DNA of 64,000 bases from Malacoraja senta (Eukaryota), in the NCBI GenBank assembly GCA_038087875.1, contig JAXLNO010000446.1, forward strand, positions 930,001 through 994,000. The letters run 5' to 3'. The notes under the pieces are model-generated. The model was not told the origin of the DNA, did not search any database, and worked only from the letters and a program-made list of their open reading frames with translations. The position numbers were made by a program, and so were the translations under genes. Positions 38,326 through 51,511 of this stretch are shown here, piece after piece (positions within the stretch are counted from its first letter, which is position 1; every line of letters starts with the position of its first letter).

Positions 38326-38508
38326 AATTATAACGGCATAAAATTCCTATCCCAAAGCATACAGAATGAATTTCACACATCAATAGATCACAGGTGGTTC
38401 GAGCTTCATCAGCATCATGTCAGAGCCCGGACTGAGTGTCGGTTTTGTGATAAACTTTTGGTGTTTCAAACCTTGCCCATCAAAATTCCTTTCCATCCAT
38501 CAACTTAC

Positions 38509-38586
38509 CTTTTCTTCTTCTGAGACTTGGCCAAGGTCAAACTCATTCAAAAAACCTCCCAGCTATTCAGAGATGCTCTCTGCAAT
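38509..38586 (-). other. Candidate 78-nt exon in unique sequence
   Basis: TCTTCCCCTCTGCAG| acceptor and AAG|GTAAGT donor; stops in all through-frames; internal ATG gives MSLTLAKSQKKK. Confidence 0.3.
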
Positions 38587-40279
38587 CTGCAGAGGGGAAG
38601 ATTTTTTATGTCAATCTTCCTTAGTCGGGTTTTGTGAGATTTCTTTCTCCTGCCTGTCACACCATTAAACCTGAATTCTGTGGCCTATTTATCTTATAGA
38701 GGTGTAAAAAAATCATGAGAGGAATAGAATGGGAAGACGTACAGAGTCTCTTGCTCAGAGCAAGTGAATCGAGGACCAGAGGATGTAGGTTTAAGGTGAA
38801 GGGGAAAAGATTTTAATAGGAATTTGACAAGTAACTTTTTCACACAAAGGGTGGTGGGTGTATAGAAACAGAGAAACATAGAAAATAGGTGCAGGAGTAG
38901 GCCATTCGGCCCTTCGAGTCTGCACCGCCATTCATTATGATCATGGCTGATCATCCAACTCAGTATCCTGTACCTGCCTTCTCTCCATACCCCCTGATCC
39001 CTTTAGCCACAAGGGCCACATCTAACTCCCTCTTAAATATAACCAATGAACTGGCCTCAACTACCTTCTGTGGCAGAGAATTCCACAGATTCACCACTCT
39101 CTGTGTAAAAAATCTCGGTCCTAAAAGACTTCCCCCATATCCTTAAACTGTGACCCCTTGTTCTGGACTTCCCCAACATCAGGAATAATCTTCCTGCATC
39201 TAGCCTGTCCAACCCCTTAAGAATTTTGTAAGTTTCTATAAGATAGATAGATAGAATCTTTATTTGCCACACGACCAGGGTTGGTGGTATTTGGGTTCGG
39301 TACATGATGGTACACGGCTTTAGTCACATTAACACTAATAACAACACAGATCATAATAATAAAGTGCATCCATACCACATCACAAATCACAAATCTCACC
39401 AACAATACATAGTGCAAAAGAACAGACAAAAACCATAGACAAGACACTGTATACATCAAAAGTCAAAAAGTTATTGGAGGGAATTGAGTGTTCTTATTGC
39501 TGAGGGGAAGAAACTGTTTTTAAAACGGGTGGATTTTGTAGCAAGTGACCTAAGGCGCCTCCCTGAAGGGAGAGACTGGAAAAGGTGGTTTGCTGGATGG
39601 GAGGGGTCCGAGATGATCTTTGTTGCCCGTTTTGAGGTACGTTGGAGGTAAATGGAATGGATTGAGGGGAGGGGAGAGTTGATGATCCTAGAGGCCTTGG
39701 AGACAATGCGATGTATTCTGTGTAGTGAGTGACTGTCAGTGTTTCCGTACCAGACTGTGATTGAGGAAGTGATGATGCTTTCAATGATGGATTGATAGAA
39801 GCAGACCAGGAGGTGTTTGTGGATTCAGAACTTTTTGAGCTGTCTGAGGAAGACTAGGTGTTGTTGTCCTTTCTTGATGATTTGGTCTACATTGATGTGC
39901 CATTTTAGATTATTGCAGATATAGGTGCCCAGAAACTTAAATAAGTTCGTGGAGGTTATGGGATGGGAGTTGACATGGACCGGGGGTTTGGGGTTTTGTT
40001 TGCGTCTGAAATCTGTGATGATTTCTAAGGCTTTTGAAGTATTAAGCTGGAGGTTGTTGTCTGCGCACCATTTGACTGCACTGTCCACTGTTTGATGGTA
40101 TTGTGATTCGTTGTTGTTGGAGATGAGGCCAATTATTGTTGTGTCGTCTGCATATTTGAAAATTTTAACTGAGCTGCATTGGAGATGTGAGGTTGTTGGT
40201 GTAAAGTGAGAAGAGCTGAGGTGACAGAACGCACCCTTGAGGGGCTCCTGTATTGATAGTCAGAGGGCTGGAGAGTTTT

Positions 40280-41772
40280 TCAGGGCCTTAGGGCCTGTGC
40301 TGCGCAGCTGACAGACGTCTGGACTGACATCTTCAACCTGTCACTTGCCCAAGCAGTTGTGCCCACGTGCCTTAAATCCACCTCCATCGTGCCGGTGCCA
40401 AAACACTCCACTGCGGCAAGCCTCAACGACTTCCGCCCAGTTGCACTTACTCCCATCATCGCCAAGTGCTTCGAGAGGCTGGTCCTGGCACACCTCAAAG
40501 ACTGCCTACCCCCCACACTGGATCCCTATCAGTTTGCCTACCGCAAGAACAGGAGTACGGAGGATGCCATCTCAACGGCACTTCACTCCGCCCTCTCCCA
40601 CCTCGACAACAGAGACACTTACGTAAGAATGCTGTTCATCGATTACAGCTCAGCATTCAACACCATCATACCCTCTAAACTGATGACCAAACTCGGTGAC
40701 CTGGGCATCGACCCCTCCCTCTGCAACTGGATACTGGACTTTCTAACCAACAGACCCCAGTCTGTTAGGTTAGACAAGCACACCTCTTCAACCCTCACCC
40801 TGAACACCGGCGTTCCACAGGGCTGTGTGCTGAGCCCCCTCCTCTACTCCCTCTTCACCTACGACTGCACACCTGTACATGGTACTAACACCATCATCAA
40901 GTATGCAGATGATACAACGGTGATTGGCCTCATCAGCAACAACGATGAGTCGGCCTATAGGGAGGAGGTCCAGCTCCTAGCAGCATGGTGCGCTGACAAC
41001 AACCTGGCCCTTAACTCCAAGAAGACCAAGGAGCTCATTGTAGACTTCAGGAAGTCTAGGGGCGGCATGCACACCCCCATCCACATTAACGGGAGGGAGG
41101 TGGAACGTGTTTCCAGCTTCAGGTTCCTGGGGGTCAACATCTCCGATGACCTCTCTTGGACCAACAATACCTCAACTCTGGTCAAGAAGGCTCACCAGCG
41201 TCTCTTCTTCCTGAGGAGACTAAAGAAGGTCCATCTGTCTCCTCGGATTCTGGTGAACTTCTACCGCTGCACCATCGAGAGCATCCTTACCAACTGCATC
41301 ACAGTATGGTATGGCAACTGCTCTGTCTCCGACCGGAAAGCACTGCAGAGGGTGGTGAAAATTGCCCAACGCATCACCGGTTCCTCACTCCCCACCATTG
41401 AGTCTGTCCAAAGCAAGCGTTGTCTGCGAAGGGCGCTCAGCATCGCCAAGGACTGCTCTCACCCCAACCACAGACTGTTTACCCTCCTACCATCCGGGAG
41501 GCGCTACAGGTCTCTCTGTTGCCGGACCAGCAGGTCCAGGAACAGCTTCTTCCCTGCGGCGGTTACACTACTCAACACTGTACCTCGGTGACTGCCAATC
41601 ACACCCCCCCCCCCCCCCCGGACACTCCTCCCACCAGGATTTATTAGATTTATTTATTTACTGCTCATATTTATGTCGCTCTTCTAGGGAGATGCTAACT
41701 GCATTTCATTGTCTCTGTACTGTACACTGCACAATGACAATAAAGTGGAATCTGAATCTGAATCTGAATCTG
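40280..41772 (+). mobile_element. Young 5'-truncated Rex1/Babar LINE
   Basis: Uninterrupted RT frame; AATAAA then (GAATCT)n tail. Confidence 0.9.
40359..41591 (+). CDS. Rex1/Babar-type reverse transcriptase, open frame but N-terminally truncated
   Basis: [47 protein letters not shown]. Confidence 0.85.
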   Translation: MPTCLKSTSIVPVPKHSTAASLNDFRPVALTPIIAKCFERLVLAHLKDCLPPTLDPYQFAYRKNRSTEDAISTALHSALSHLDNRDTYVRMLFIDYSSAFNTIIPSKLMTKLGDLGIDPSLCNWILDFLTNRPQSVRLDKHTSSTLTLNTGVPQGCVLSPLLYSLFTYDCTPVHGTNTIIKYADDTTVIGLISNNDESAYREEVQLLAAWCADNNLALNSKKTKELIVDFRKSRGGMHTPIHINGREVERVSSFRFLGVNISDDLSWTNNTSTLVKKAHQRLFFLRRLKKVHLSPRILVNFYRCTIESILTNCITVWYGNCSVSDRKALQRVVKIAQRITGSSLPTIESVQSKRCLRRALSIAKDCSHPNHRLFTLLPSGRRYRSLCCRTSRSRNSFFPAAVTLLNTVPR

Positions 41773-42003
41773 ACTCTTTGCTGTCTGTTTGTCAGAAAAT
41801 GTAAAATCCAATGGCACATGGCTAGGTGAATGCCCATGTCCAACAGTTTATTGTAGAGTTTAATTGGGTGTATAGTATTAAAGGCCGAGCTAAAATCTAT
41901 AAACAGGATGCGTGCATAAGTGTTCGGTGATTCCAAATGATGTAGGGAGTAGTGAAGAGCTAAGTTGATAGCATCCTCCACAGACCGGTTGGCGCTGTAT
42001 GCA

Positions 42004-43450
42004 AATCCCCCCTCAATCTTCTAAATTCTAGCGGGTACAAGCCGAGTCTATCCAGTCTTTCCTCATATGAAAGTCCTGACATCCCAGGAATCAGTCTGGT
42101 GAACCTTCTCTGTACTCCCTCAATGGCAAGAATGTCTTTACTCAGATTAGGAGACCAAAACTGTAAACAATACTCCAGGTGTGGTCTCACCAAGACCCTG
42201 TACAACTGCAGTAGAACCTCCCAGCTCTTATACTCAAATCCTTTTGCTATTAATGCTAACATACTATTCGCTTTCTTCACTGCCTGCTGCACCTGCATGC
42301 CTACTTTCAATGACTGGTGTACCATGACACCCAGGTCTCGTTGCATCTCCCCTTTTCCTAATCGGCCACCATTCAGATAATAGTCTACTTTCCTGTTTTT
42401 GCCACCAAAGTGGATAACCTCACATTTATCCACATTATACTGCATCTGCCATGCATTTTCCCACGCACCCAGCCTATCCAAGTCACCTTGCAGTCTCCTA
42501 GCATCCTCCTCACAGCTAACACTGCCCCCCAGCTTCGTGTCATCCGCAAACTTGGAGATGTTGCATTCAATTCCCTCATCCAGATCATTAATATATATTG
42601 TAAATAGCTGGGGTCCCAGCACTGAGCCTTGCGGTACCCCACTAGTCACTGCCTGCCATTTTGAAAAGGACCCGTTTACTCCTACTCTTTCCTTCCTGTC
42701 TGCTTGCCAGTTCTCTATCCACATCAATACTGAACCCCCAATACCGTGTGCTTTAAGTTTGCATACTAATCTCTTATGTGGGACCTTGTCGAAAGCCTTC
42801 TGAAAGTCCAGATATAACACATCCACTGCTTCTCCCTTATCCACTCTACTAGTTACATCCTCGAAAAATTCTATAAGATTCGTCAGACATGATTTACCTT
42901 TCATAAATCCATGCTGACTTTGTCCAATGAATTCACCACTTTCCAAATGAGCTGCTATCCCATCTTTAATAACTGACTCTAGCATTTCCCCCACTACCGA
43001 TGTTAGACTAACTGGTCTGTAATTCCCCGTTTTCTCTCTCCCTCCCTTTTTTAAAACTGGGGTTACATTAGCTACCCTCCAATCCTCAGGAACTACTCCA
43101 GAATCTAAAGAGTTTTGAAGAATTATCACTAAAGCACCCACTATTTCTGGGGCTACTTCCTTAAGTACTCTGGGATGCAACTTATCTGGCCCTGGGGATT
43201 TATCGGCCTTTAATCCATTCAATTTACCTAACACCACTTCCCAGCTAACCTGGATTTCACTCAGTTCCTCCATCTCATTTGACCCCCGGGCCCCTGCTGT
43301 TTCCGGCAGATTATTTATGTCTTCCTCAGTGAAGACAGAACCAGAGTAGTTATTCAATTGGTCTGCCATGTCCTTGTTCTCCATGATCAATTCACCTGTT
43401 TCTGACTGCAAGGGACCTACATTTGTTTTAACTAATCTTTTTCTCTTCAC
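42004..43450 (-). pseudogene. CR1 ORF2 reverse-transcriptase domain
   Basis: KSPGPD, NYRPVSLTS, LDFQKAFDKV, GVPQGSVLGP, FADD. Confidence 0.95.
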
Positions 43451-43465
43451 AAATCTATAAAAACT

Positions 43466-44520
43466 TTAGCAGTCAGTTTTTATGTTCCCTGCCAGTTTTC
43501 TTTCATAATCTATTTTCCCTTTCCTAATTAAGCCCTTTGTCCTCCTCTGTTGGACTCTGAATTTCTCCCAGTCCTCTGGTATGCTGCTTTTTCTGGCTAA
43601 TTTGTACGCATCATCTTTTGGTTTGATACTATCCCTGATTTCCCTTGTTATCCACGGATGCACTACCTTCCCTGATTTATTCTTTTGCCAAACTGGAATG
43701 AACAATTTTCGTAGTTCATCCATGCAGTCTTTAAATGCCTTCCATTGCATATCCACCGTCAACCCTTTTAGAATTAATTGCCAGTCAATCTTGGCCAATT
43801 CACGTCTCATACCCTCAAAGTTACCTTTCTTTAAGTTCAGAACCATTGTTTCTGAATTAACAATGTCACTCTCCATCCTAATGAAGAACTCAACCATATT
43901 ATGGTCACTCTTGCCCAAGGGGGCACGCACAACAAGACTGCTAACTAACCCTTCCTCATTACTCAATACCCAGTCTAGAATAGCCTGCTCTCTCGTTGGT
44001 TCCTCTACATGTTGGTTTAGATAACTATCCCGCATACATTCCAAGAAATCCTCTTCCTCAGCACCCCTGCCAATTTGATTCACCCAATCTATATGTAGAT
44101 TGAAGTCACCCATTATAACTGTTTTGCCTTTGTTGCACGCATTTCTAATTTTCTGTTTGATGCCATCCCCAACTTCACTACTACTGCTAGGTGGCCTGTA
44201 CACAACACCCACCAGCGTTTTCTGCCCCTTAGTGTTTCGCAGCTCTACCCATACCGATTCCACATCCTCCAAGCTAATGTCCTTCCTTTCCACTGCGTTA
44301 ATCTCCTCTCTAACCAGCAACGCTACCCCACCTCCTTTTCCTTTCTCTCTATCCCTCCTGAATATTGAATATCCCTGGATGTTCAGCTCCCAGCCTTGGT
44401 CACCCTGGAGCCATGTCTCCGTGATCCCAACTATATCATAATCATTAATAGCTATCTGCACGTTCAACTCATCCACCTTATTACGGATGCTCCTTGCATT
44501 GAGACACAAAGCCTTCAGGC
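43466..44520 (-). pseudogene. CR1 ORF2 apurinic-endonuclease domain
   Basis: LNARSIRNK, GITETW, VYRPP, MGDFN, ILDWVL, SDH motifs; frameshift near 43455. Confidence 0.9.
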
Positions 44521-44826
44521 TTGTTTTTACAACGCTCTTACCCCTTTTACAATTCTGTTGAAAAGTGGCCCTTTTTGATTTTTGTCCTGGATTTGTCTGC
44601 CTGCCACTTTTAATTTTCACCTTGCTACCTATTGCTTCCGCCCGCATTTTACACCCCTCTGTTTCTCTGCTCACCCATTTAAGAACCCCACCACCTCTTA
44701 TTCTCTGTTTATTATTGTTTTCTTCTTTCCCCCCTACATGTTGGGTCTGAGTGCTTTCCTTCTCTGCCTCCTGCCTCACACACTGTCTAATAGCATTCTC
44801 TATTTGAGTCCCTCCCCCCAACCGTT

Positions 44827-45177
44827 CTAGTTTAAAGTCTCCCCAGTAGCCTTTGCAAATCTCCCCGCCAGGATATTGGTCCCCCTCAGGTTCAAGTGCA
44901 ACCCATCCTTTTTGTACAGGTCGAACCTTCCACAAAAGAGGTCCCAATGATCCAGAAATTTGAATCCCTGCCTTCTGCACCAGTCCTTCAGCCACGCATT
45001 TATCCTCCACCTCGCTCCATTCCTACTCTCACTGTCGCGTGGCACAGGCAGTAATCCCGAGATTGTTACCTTTGCTGTCCTTCTCTTTAACTCCCCTCCT
45101 AACTCCCTAAATTCTCCTTTCAGGACCTCTTCTCTTTTTTTACCTATGTCATTGGTACCTATATGTACCACGACCTC
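44827..45177 (-). pseudogene. CR1 ORF1 C-terminal SGNH esterase-like domain
   Basis: VVVHIGTND ... YKKDGLHLN (GxND and DxxH blocks). Confidence 0.85.
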
Positions 45178-46094
45178 GATAGTGTTAGTGTGCGGGGAAC
45201 GCTGGTCAGCACGGACTCGGTGGGCCGAAGGGCCTGTTTCCACGTTGCATGTCTAAAGTCTAAAGTTATTCTTCAGCCGTGAAGCACTTTGAAATATTCA
45301 AAAAATTGTGAAATGTCCCAAATAAATGGAGACCTGACGGAAACCCTCCTATAAAATGTAACCAGAAGAGGCCATGATCCCTCAACAGGTGCTCAGTGAG
45401 AGAGAAATGGATTCATGTTTTTAGAACACAGAACAGTCCAGCACAGGATCAGGCCCTTCGGCCCACAATGTCCGTGCTGAACACGATGCCAAGACCAACT
45501 CTTATCTGCCTGCACGTGATCCATATCTATCTGAAAGCCTCTTAGTTTTAGTGATACAGTGTTTAAGCAAGCCATTTGGCCCACCGAGTCCGTGCCGACC
45601 AGCCATCTCCATACCTTAATTCTCCCCCACACACTAAGGAAAAATTTACAGATGCTTATTGAAAGTCAGGATCGAACCCATGTCTCTGGCGCTCTGAGGC
45701 AGCAACTCTACCGCTGCGCCATCTGGTGAATTTTATAGTATTACATAATGTGGTTTAGAAGTAGCAATATTTTGTGAATGAAATATGGATATTTTCAAAG
45801 TTATGAATTGCAATTAATAACACCACTATCATATCTGCCTCCACCACCACCCCTGGCACAGCGGTAGAGTTGCTGCCTCACAGCGCCAGAGACCCAGGTT
45901 CAATCCTGACTACGGGTGCTGTCTCTACAGAGTTTGTACGTTTTCCCTGTGACCTGCGTGGGTTTTCTCCGGGTGCTCCGGTTTCCTCCCACACTCCAAA
46001 CACTTACAGGTTAATTGGCTTCAGTACAATTGAAAATTGAATGAATGAATAAGTTTATTGGCCAAGTATTCACATACAAGGAATTTGCCTTGGT

Positions 46095-48230
46095 GCTCCG
46101 CCTGCAAGTGACAACAATAGACAATAGGTGCAGGAGTAGGCCATTCGGCCCTTCGAGCCAGCACCACCATTCAATGTGATCATGGCTGATCATCCCCAAT
46201 CAGTACCCCGTTCCTGCCTTCTCCCCATATCCCCTGACTCCGCTATCTTTAAGAGCCCTATCTAGCTCTCTTGAAAGTATCCAGAGAACCGGCCTCCACC
46301 GCCCTCTGAGGCAGAGAATTCCACAGACTCACAACTCTCTGTGAGAAAAAGTGTTTCCTCGTCTCCGTTCTAAATGGCTTACTCCTTATTCTTAACCTGT
46401 GGCCCCTGGTTCTGGACTCCCCCAACATCGGGAACACGTTTCCTGCCTCTAGCGTGTCCAAACCCTTAACAATCTTATATGTTTCAATGAGATCCCCTCT
46501 CATCCTTTCAAACTCCAGAGTGTACAAGCCCAGCCGCTCCATTCTCACAGCATATGACAGTCCCGCCATCCCGGGAATTAACCTTGTAAACCTACGCTGC
46601 ACTCCCTCAATAGCAAGAATGTCCTTCCTCAAATTAGGAGACCAAAACTGCACACAATACTCCAGGTGTGGTCTCACTAGGGCTCTGTACAACTGCAGAA
46701 GGACCTCTTTGCTCCTATATTCGATTCTTCTTGTTATAAAGACCAACATGCCATTCGCTTTCTTCACTGCCTGCTGTACCTGCATGCTTACTTTCATAGA
46801 CTGATGAACAAGGACCCCCAGATCCCGTTGTACTTCCCCTTTTCCCAACTTGACGCCATTTAGATAGTAATCTGCGTTCCTGTTTTTGCTACCAAAGTGG
46901 ATAACCTCACATTTATCCGCATTAAACTGCATCTGCCATGCATCTGCCCACTCCCCCAACCTGTCTTCCTCTTCTGTCGTGTGTCTTTTAGACATGCAGC
47001 TCCGTTGAGGCGAGCCAGGCCAACGTGTCATCGTCCAGGTCAATCAGACCTCGTTCACCATTCGGTGGCCGGTGTTTGGGGCAACTGGTGACTATGTGCT
47101 CCACTGTCTGTCTGTGTTGGGTCCCCACACTCGCAGGAGGCACTGTCCACGAGGCCCCACCTCTTCATCGCTACTCCATAGCATCCGATGCCTGTCCTCA
47201 AGCAGTTGAGGGTTGTCCACTGCTTTCTGGGCAGGTCCTGGCCAAGTCACCCTGCATTCTCATAGCATCCTCCTCACAGTTCACACTGCCACCCAGCTTT
47301 GTGTCATCTGCAAATTTGCTAATGTTACTTTGAATCCCTTCATCCAAATCATGGATGTATATTGTAAATAGCTGCGGTCCCAGCACCGAGCCTTGCGGTA
47401 CCCCACTAGTCACTGCCTGCCATTCTGAAAGGGACCCGTTAATCCCTACTCTTTGTTTCCTGTCTGCCAACCACTTCTCTATCCACATCAGCACTCTACC
47501 CCCAATACCATGTGCCCTAATTTTGCCACTAATCTCCTATGTGGGACCTTATCAAATGATTTCTGAAAGTCCAGGTACACTACATCCACTGGCTCTCCCT
47601 TGTCCATTTTCCTAGTTACATCTTCAAAAAATTCCAGAAGATTAGTCAAGCATGATTTCCCCTTCGTAAATCCATGCTGACTCGGACCGATCCTGTTACT
47701 CCTATCCAAATGTTCGGCTATCTCATCTTTTGTAATTGACTCCAGCATCTTCCCCACCACCGATGTCAGGCTAACTTGTCTTTAATTCCCCGTTTTCTCT
47801 CTCCAGCCTTTCTTAAAAAGTGGGATAACATTAGCTACCCTCCAATCCACAGGAACTGATCCTGAGTCCATAGAACATTGGAAAATTATCACCAATGCAT
47901 CCACGATTTCTAGAGCCACCTCCTTGAGTACCCTGGGATGCAGACCATCAGGCCCTGGGGATTTATCAGCCTTCAGTCTCATCAGTCTACCCAACACCAT
48001 TTCCTGCCTAATGTGGATTTCCTTCAGTTCCTCCGTCACCCCAGATCCTCTGGCCACTACTATATCAGGAAGATTGTTTGTGTCCTCCTTAGTGAAGACA
48101 GATCCAAACTACCTGTTCAAACTCATCTGCCATTTCCTTGTTCCCCATAATAAATTCATCTTTTTCGGTCTTCAAGGGTCCAACTTTGGTCTTAACTAAT
48201 TTTTTCCTCTTCACATACCTAAAGAAGCTT
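46095..48230 (-). mobile_element. CR1 ORF2 RT to 3' end, frameshifted
   Basis: ORFs 47782..48057, 47488..47760, 47198..47494, 46258..47043. Confidence 0.92.
46964..47236 (-). mobile_element. Vingi/Ingi-like LINE 3' fragment
   Basis: LPRKQWTTLNCLRTGIGCYGVAMKRWGLVDSASCECGDPTQT/VEHIVTSCP (CCHC) ...AWLASTELHV*; GAAGAGGAAGA tail; CCTG(T/G)C duplication. Confidence 0.75.
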
Positions 48231-48954
48231 GACATACAGTGACAGTTAGGAATGACACATAAAACATGAATAAATTTGTCCCTAGTGTGTGTAGGACAGT
48301 GTTGGTGTGCGGGGATCCATGGTCAGCGCGGACTCGATCGGCTGAAGGGCCTGTTTCTGTGCTGTATCTCTAAATGAAACTAAAGCACCCCTGGCAAGGC
48401 ACTCACCACCCTTTGTGTAAAAAAGCTGCCCTGCACATCTCCTTTAAACTCTGCCCCGCTCACATTAATCTACACACACTAATTAACCTCCAGATTTCTC
48501 CCATTATTTCACATTTCCAACCAACCATAATTTGCTTTCTATTATATATTTCTCCCTGGTTGGCCATCGACATCTAAACCTGTTCTGAGCCTGATTTAAA
48601 TGACTACAGCTTTGGCACGGCATCAGTGTTTGAAGCAGTAAATATACTTGCAATTAGGCTACATTTGAAATAGATTTAAATTCCTGCTTTACAAAAGAAC
48701 GTGGCGTAATTACAGAGCTGTTTATGTATAATTCTGTTTAATATGAAGCTGCTGATGTATAGAATTATTGAAATCACAGGCTGGAGTCTGTAGGCTTTCA
48801 AAATGAGCAATCATGATCCCAGCATCATCTGCTATAAAAAGCCCGCAGCAAATGCAGTATTGATGCAAATAGCACGTTCAAGCATTTTGTGAATTAGTTT
48901 GTAAAGGCCATCAGATTATGGAAGTAAGGCTTGAGTCTAATAATATACAGCTGA

Positions 48955-49203
48955 GTGGCACTGTGGTGGTGCAGCGGTAGAGTTGCTGCCTCACATCGCC
49001 AGAGGCCCGGGTTCCATCCTGACTACAAGTGCTGTCTGTATGGAGTTTGTACCTTCTCCCTGTGACTGCGTGGGTTTTCTCCAGGTGCCCCCACACTCCA
49101 AATACAGGCAGGGTTGTAGGTTAATTGGCTTCTGTAAATTGTCCCTAGTGTGTAGGATAGAACTAGTGTGCATCTGATCGCTGGTCGGCACGGACTCAGT
49201 GGT
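48955..49203 (+). mobile_element. HE1-like SINE
   Basis: Head and core. Confidence 0.85.
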
Positions 49204-50004
49204 GCAAAGTAAAGGCAGTAAAGTCCAGTCAAGATAGTCCGAGTGTCACCAATGTAGTCCAGGACCGCTCTCTAATTGGTGATAGGATGATTCAGTTGTC
49301 TGGTAACAGCTGGGAAGAAACTGTCCCTGAATCTGGTAGTGTGCGTTTTCACACTTCTGTATCTTTATTCCCCTATTCTGGCTAAACGTCTGTCCATTCA
49401 ACAATGCCCATTCATAATTTATATACCTCTACAAGATCACCCCTGTACTAAGAACGTCACCCCTTGTGCTCCACCCTCTGTGTGAAAAAGTTGGCCCTCA
49501 GATTCCTGTTAAATCTTTACCCATTCATCTTGAACCCATGTCCTCTAGTTTTTGATTCCCCTACTCTGTAAAAAAGATCCTGTGCATTCACCCGATCTAT
49601 TCCCCACATGATATCGTACACCTCTATAACATCACCCCTCATCCTCCTGCGCTCCAAGGAATAGTCTCAGCCTGGTCAACCTCTCCCTATTGCTCACACC
49701 CTCGAGTCCTGGCAACATCCTCGTGAATCTTCTCAATAGACAATAGACAATAGATTCTCTACAATCTTTGGATTTCTTCACTACTTTAAGAGTACACAAA
49801 GTTATCAGTAATATTAGACATCATATCATGAGTTGCTTCTTCAGATTCATAGAAGCACACAGAACAGAAACAGGCCCTTCAGCCCATTCTGAGCATGATG
49901 ATCACCCATACTATCCCATGTACTAACCTTCATCTGTCACCTTCTTTGCCTTCATGATCCAAGTTATGCCGTGGTGTTCTTCTGCATTTAATTGTGCTGT
50001 TTAA

Positions 50005-50735
50005 TCATAAACATAATCATAATCATACTTTATTAGCTAAGTATACGAGGAATTTGATTTGGCGTACAGTCATACCAATAAAAAGCAACAAGACACACAA
50101 AATACATTTTAACATAAACATCCACCACGGTGACTCCTCCACATTCCTCACTGTGATGGAAGGCGAAAAAAAAGTTCAATCTCTTCCCTTCTTTGTTCTC
50201 CCATGGTCGGGGGCCTCGAGCCTTCCGTTGTCGGGTCGATCTTGGCTCCTGTAGCCAGCGGTCGGGCCCTCCGCATCGGGGCGATCAAGCTCCCACATCG
50301 GGGGAATCTCAGCTCCCCCGCGCCGGGCGATCGGACCCCGGGTCCGGGGTAGTCGAACCTCCTGTGACTTTGGAGCTTCCCGACATCAGCCTCTACCCGA
50401 GACTGCGAGCTCCTCGATGGTGAAATCCGCAGTTGGAGCGTCGATCCCAGGCAAGGGATCGCAGGCTCCGATGCTAAGTCCACGGCCCCATCGTGGGGCT
50501 CAAAGTCAGTCTGGAGCAAGGCCGCCAGCTCCATGATGTTAGACCGCAGACCGACCGGAGATATGATTCAGAAAACAATCACATCTCTGGCAAGGTAGAG
50601 ATTGAAAAAAAGTTTCCTCCGACCCCCTCCCCCACCCCGCACATAAAACAAACCAGAGAACATTAACACAAACTTTTAAAGCCCACTAAACATAACAAAA
50701 AGGACGAAAAGACAGACAGAGCGTTGGCGTGGCTC
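50005..50735 (-). mobile_element. Non-coding CpG-rich retroposon-like repeat
   Basis: AATAAA plus (ATGATT)n tail on the minus strand; its other end matches 13745-13820. Confidence 0.55.
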
Positions 50736-51511
50736 ATGTTAATTAAAACTTTTAACTCATGTGTATTAGAACATCTCTTATAGAGGTGTGTAAAAATTAT
50801 GAGAGGAATAGATCGGGTAGATGCACAGAGTCTCTTGCCCAGAGTAGGGGAATCGAGGACTAGCGGACACAGGTTTAAGGTGAAGGGGAAAAGGTTCAAT
50901 AGGAATCTGAGGGGAATGGAGGGATATGGACCAAACATGGGCAGGTGTGACTAGTGTAGTTGGGACATGCTGATCGGCATGGACATGTTGGGCCGAAGGG
51001 CCTGTTTCCACACTGCATCAATCTATGACTCCCTATCATCAAATTTTATATAAAATATTTTCCATAATAATAAATTAAATTTGGAATTAAAACAGGTTTG
51101 CTTTAGTTTCTGGGCATGTGAGTTTAATAAGAGCAGCTTGTGAATTGGAGAACTGGGTCCAATAAAGCCTTGAATTGCATTTGACTTCTACCTCCGGTGG
51201 GGCAATTATCCTTCTGACATAAACAGATGTTGTGCTAATTTAACTAATTTAGATTGAGGTTTGCCTGGAAGGCTGCACTTGTGCGTTAGAGACCACATCT
51301 GGAATGGCATGAGCCAGCTGTTGTGAGGAAGGAGAGAGGATGCCACATATACAACGCTCCAGAATCAGGCTTACTGTATAGAGGGGCAATATTTTAACGA
51401 CACCCAGGTTGAAGCGCAGGAGGATGAGGGGTGATCTGATAGAGGATCCTGACCATATTTGTGTGCAGCTTGTACATTTTCCCCGTGTCCATGTGAGATT
51501 CTTCTGTGTCC

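Larger units (their letters stand above)
39244..42003 (-). mobile_element. Rex1/Babar-like LINE fragment, split by a second Rex1-like copy
   Basis: EDAINLALH...IDFSSAFNTI (41772-41990) continues as [13 protein letters not shown]...YADD below 40278; (TCTA)n tail at ~39244. Confidence 0.85.
38862..45177 (-). mobile_element. Near-complete CR1 LINE (ORF1 end, APE, RT, 3' UTR), interrupted at ~39244-42003
   Basis: TTTCTATAAGAT|...|ATCCCCCCTCAATC rejoins the CR1 sequence; 3' tail at ~38862-38885. Confidence 0.92.
45855..48380 (+). mobile_element. HE1-like SINE (45855-46030 and 48274-48380) split by nested inserts
   Basis: SINE core stops at TTAATTGGCTT and resumes at TTGTCCCTAGTGTG. Confidence 0.75.

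Noticed and set aside
41960..45010. Active autonomous CR1
   Set aside because: 5'-truncated in ORF1, frameshift near 43455, and RT C-terminus interrupted by nested elements
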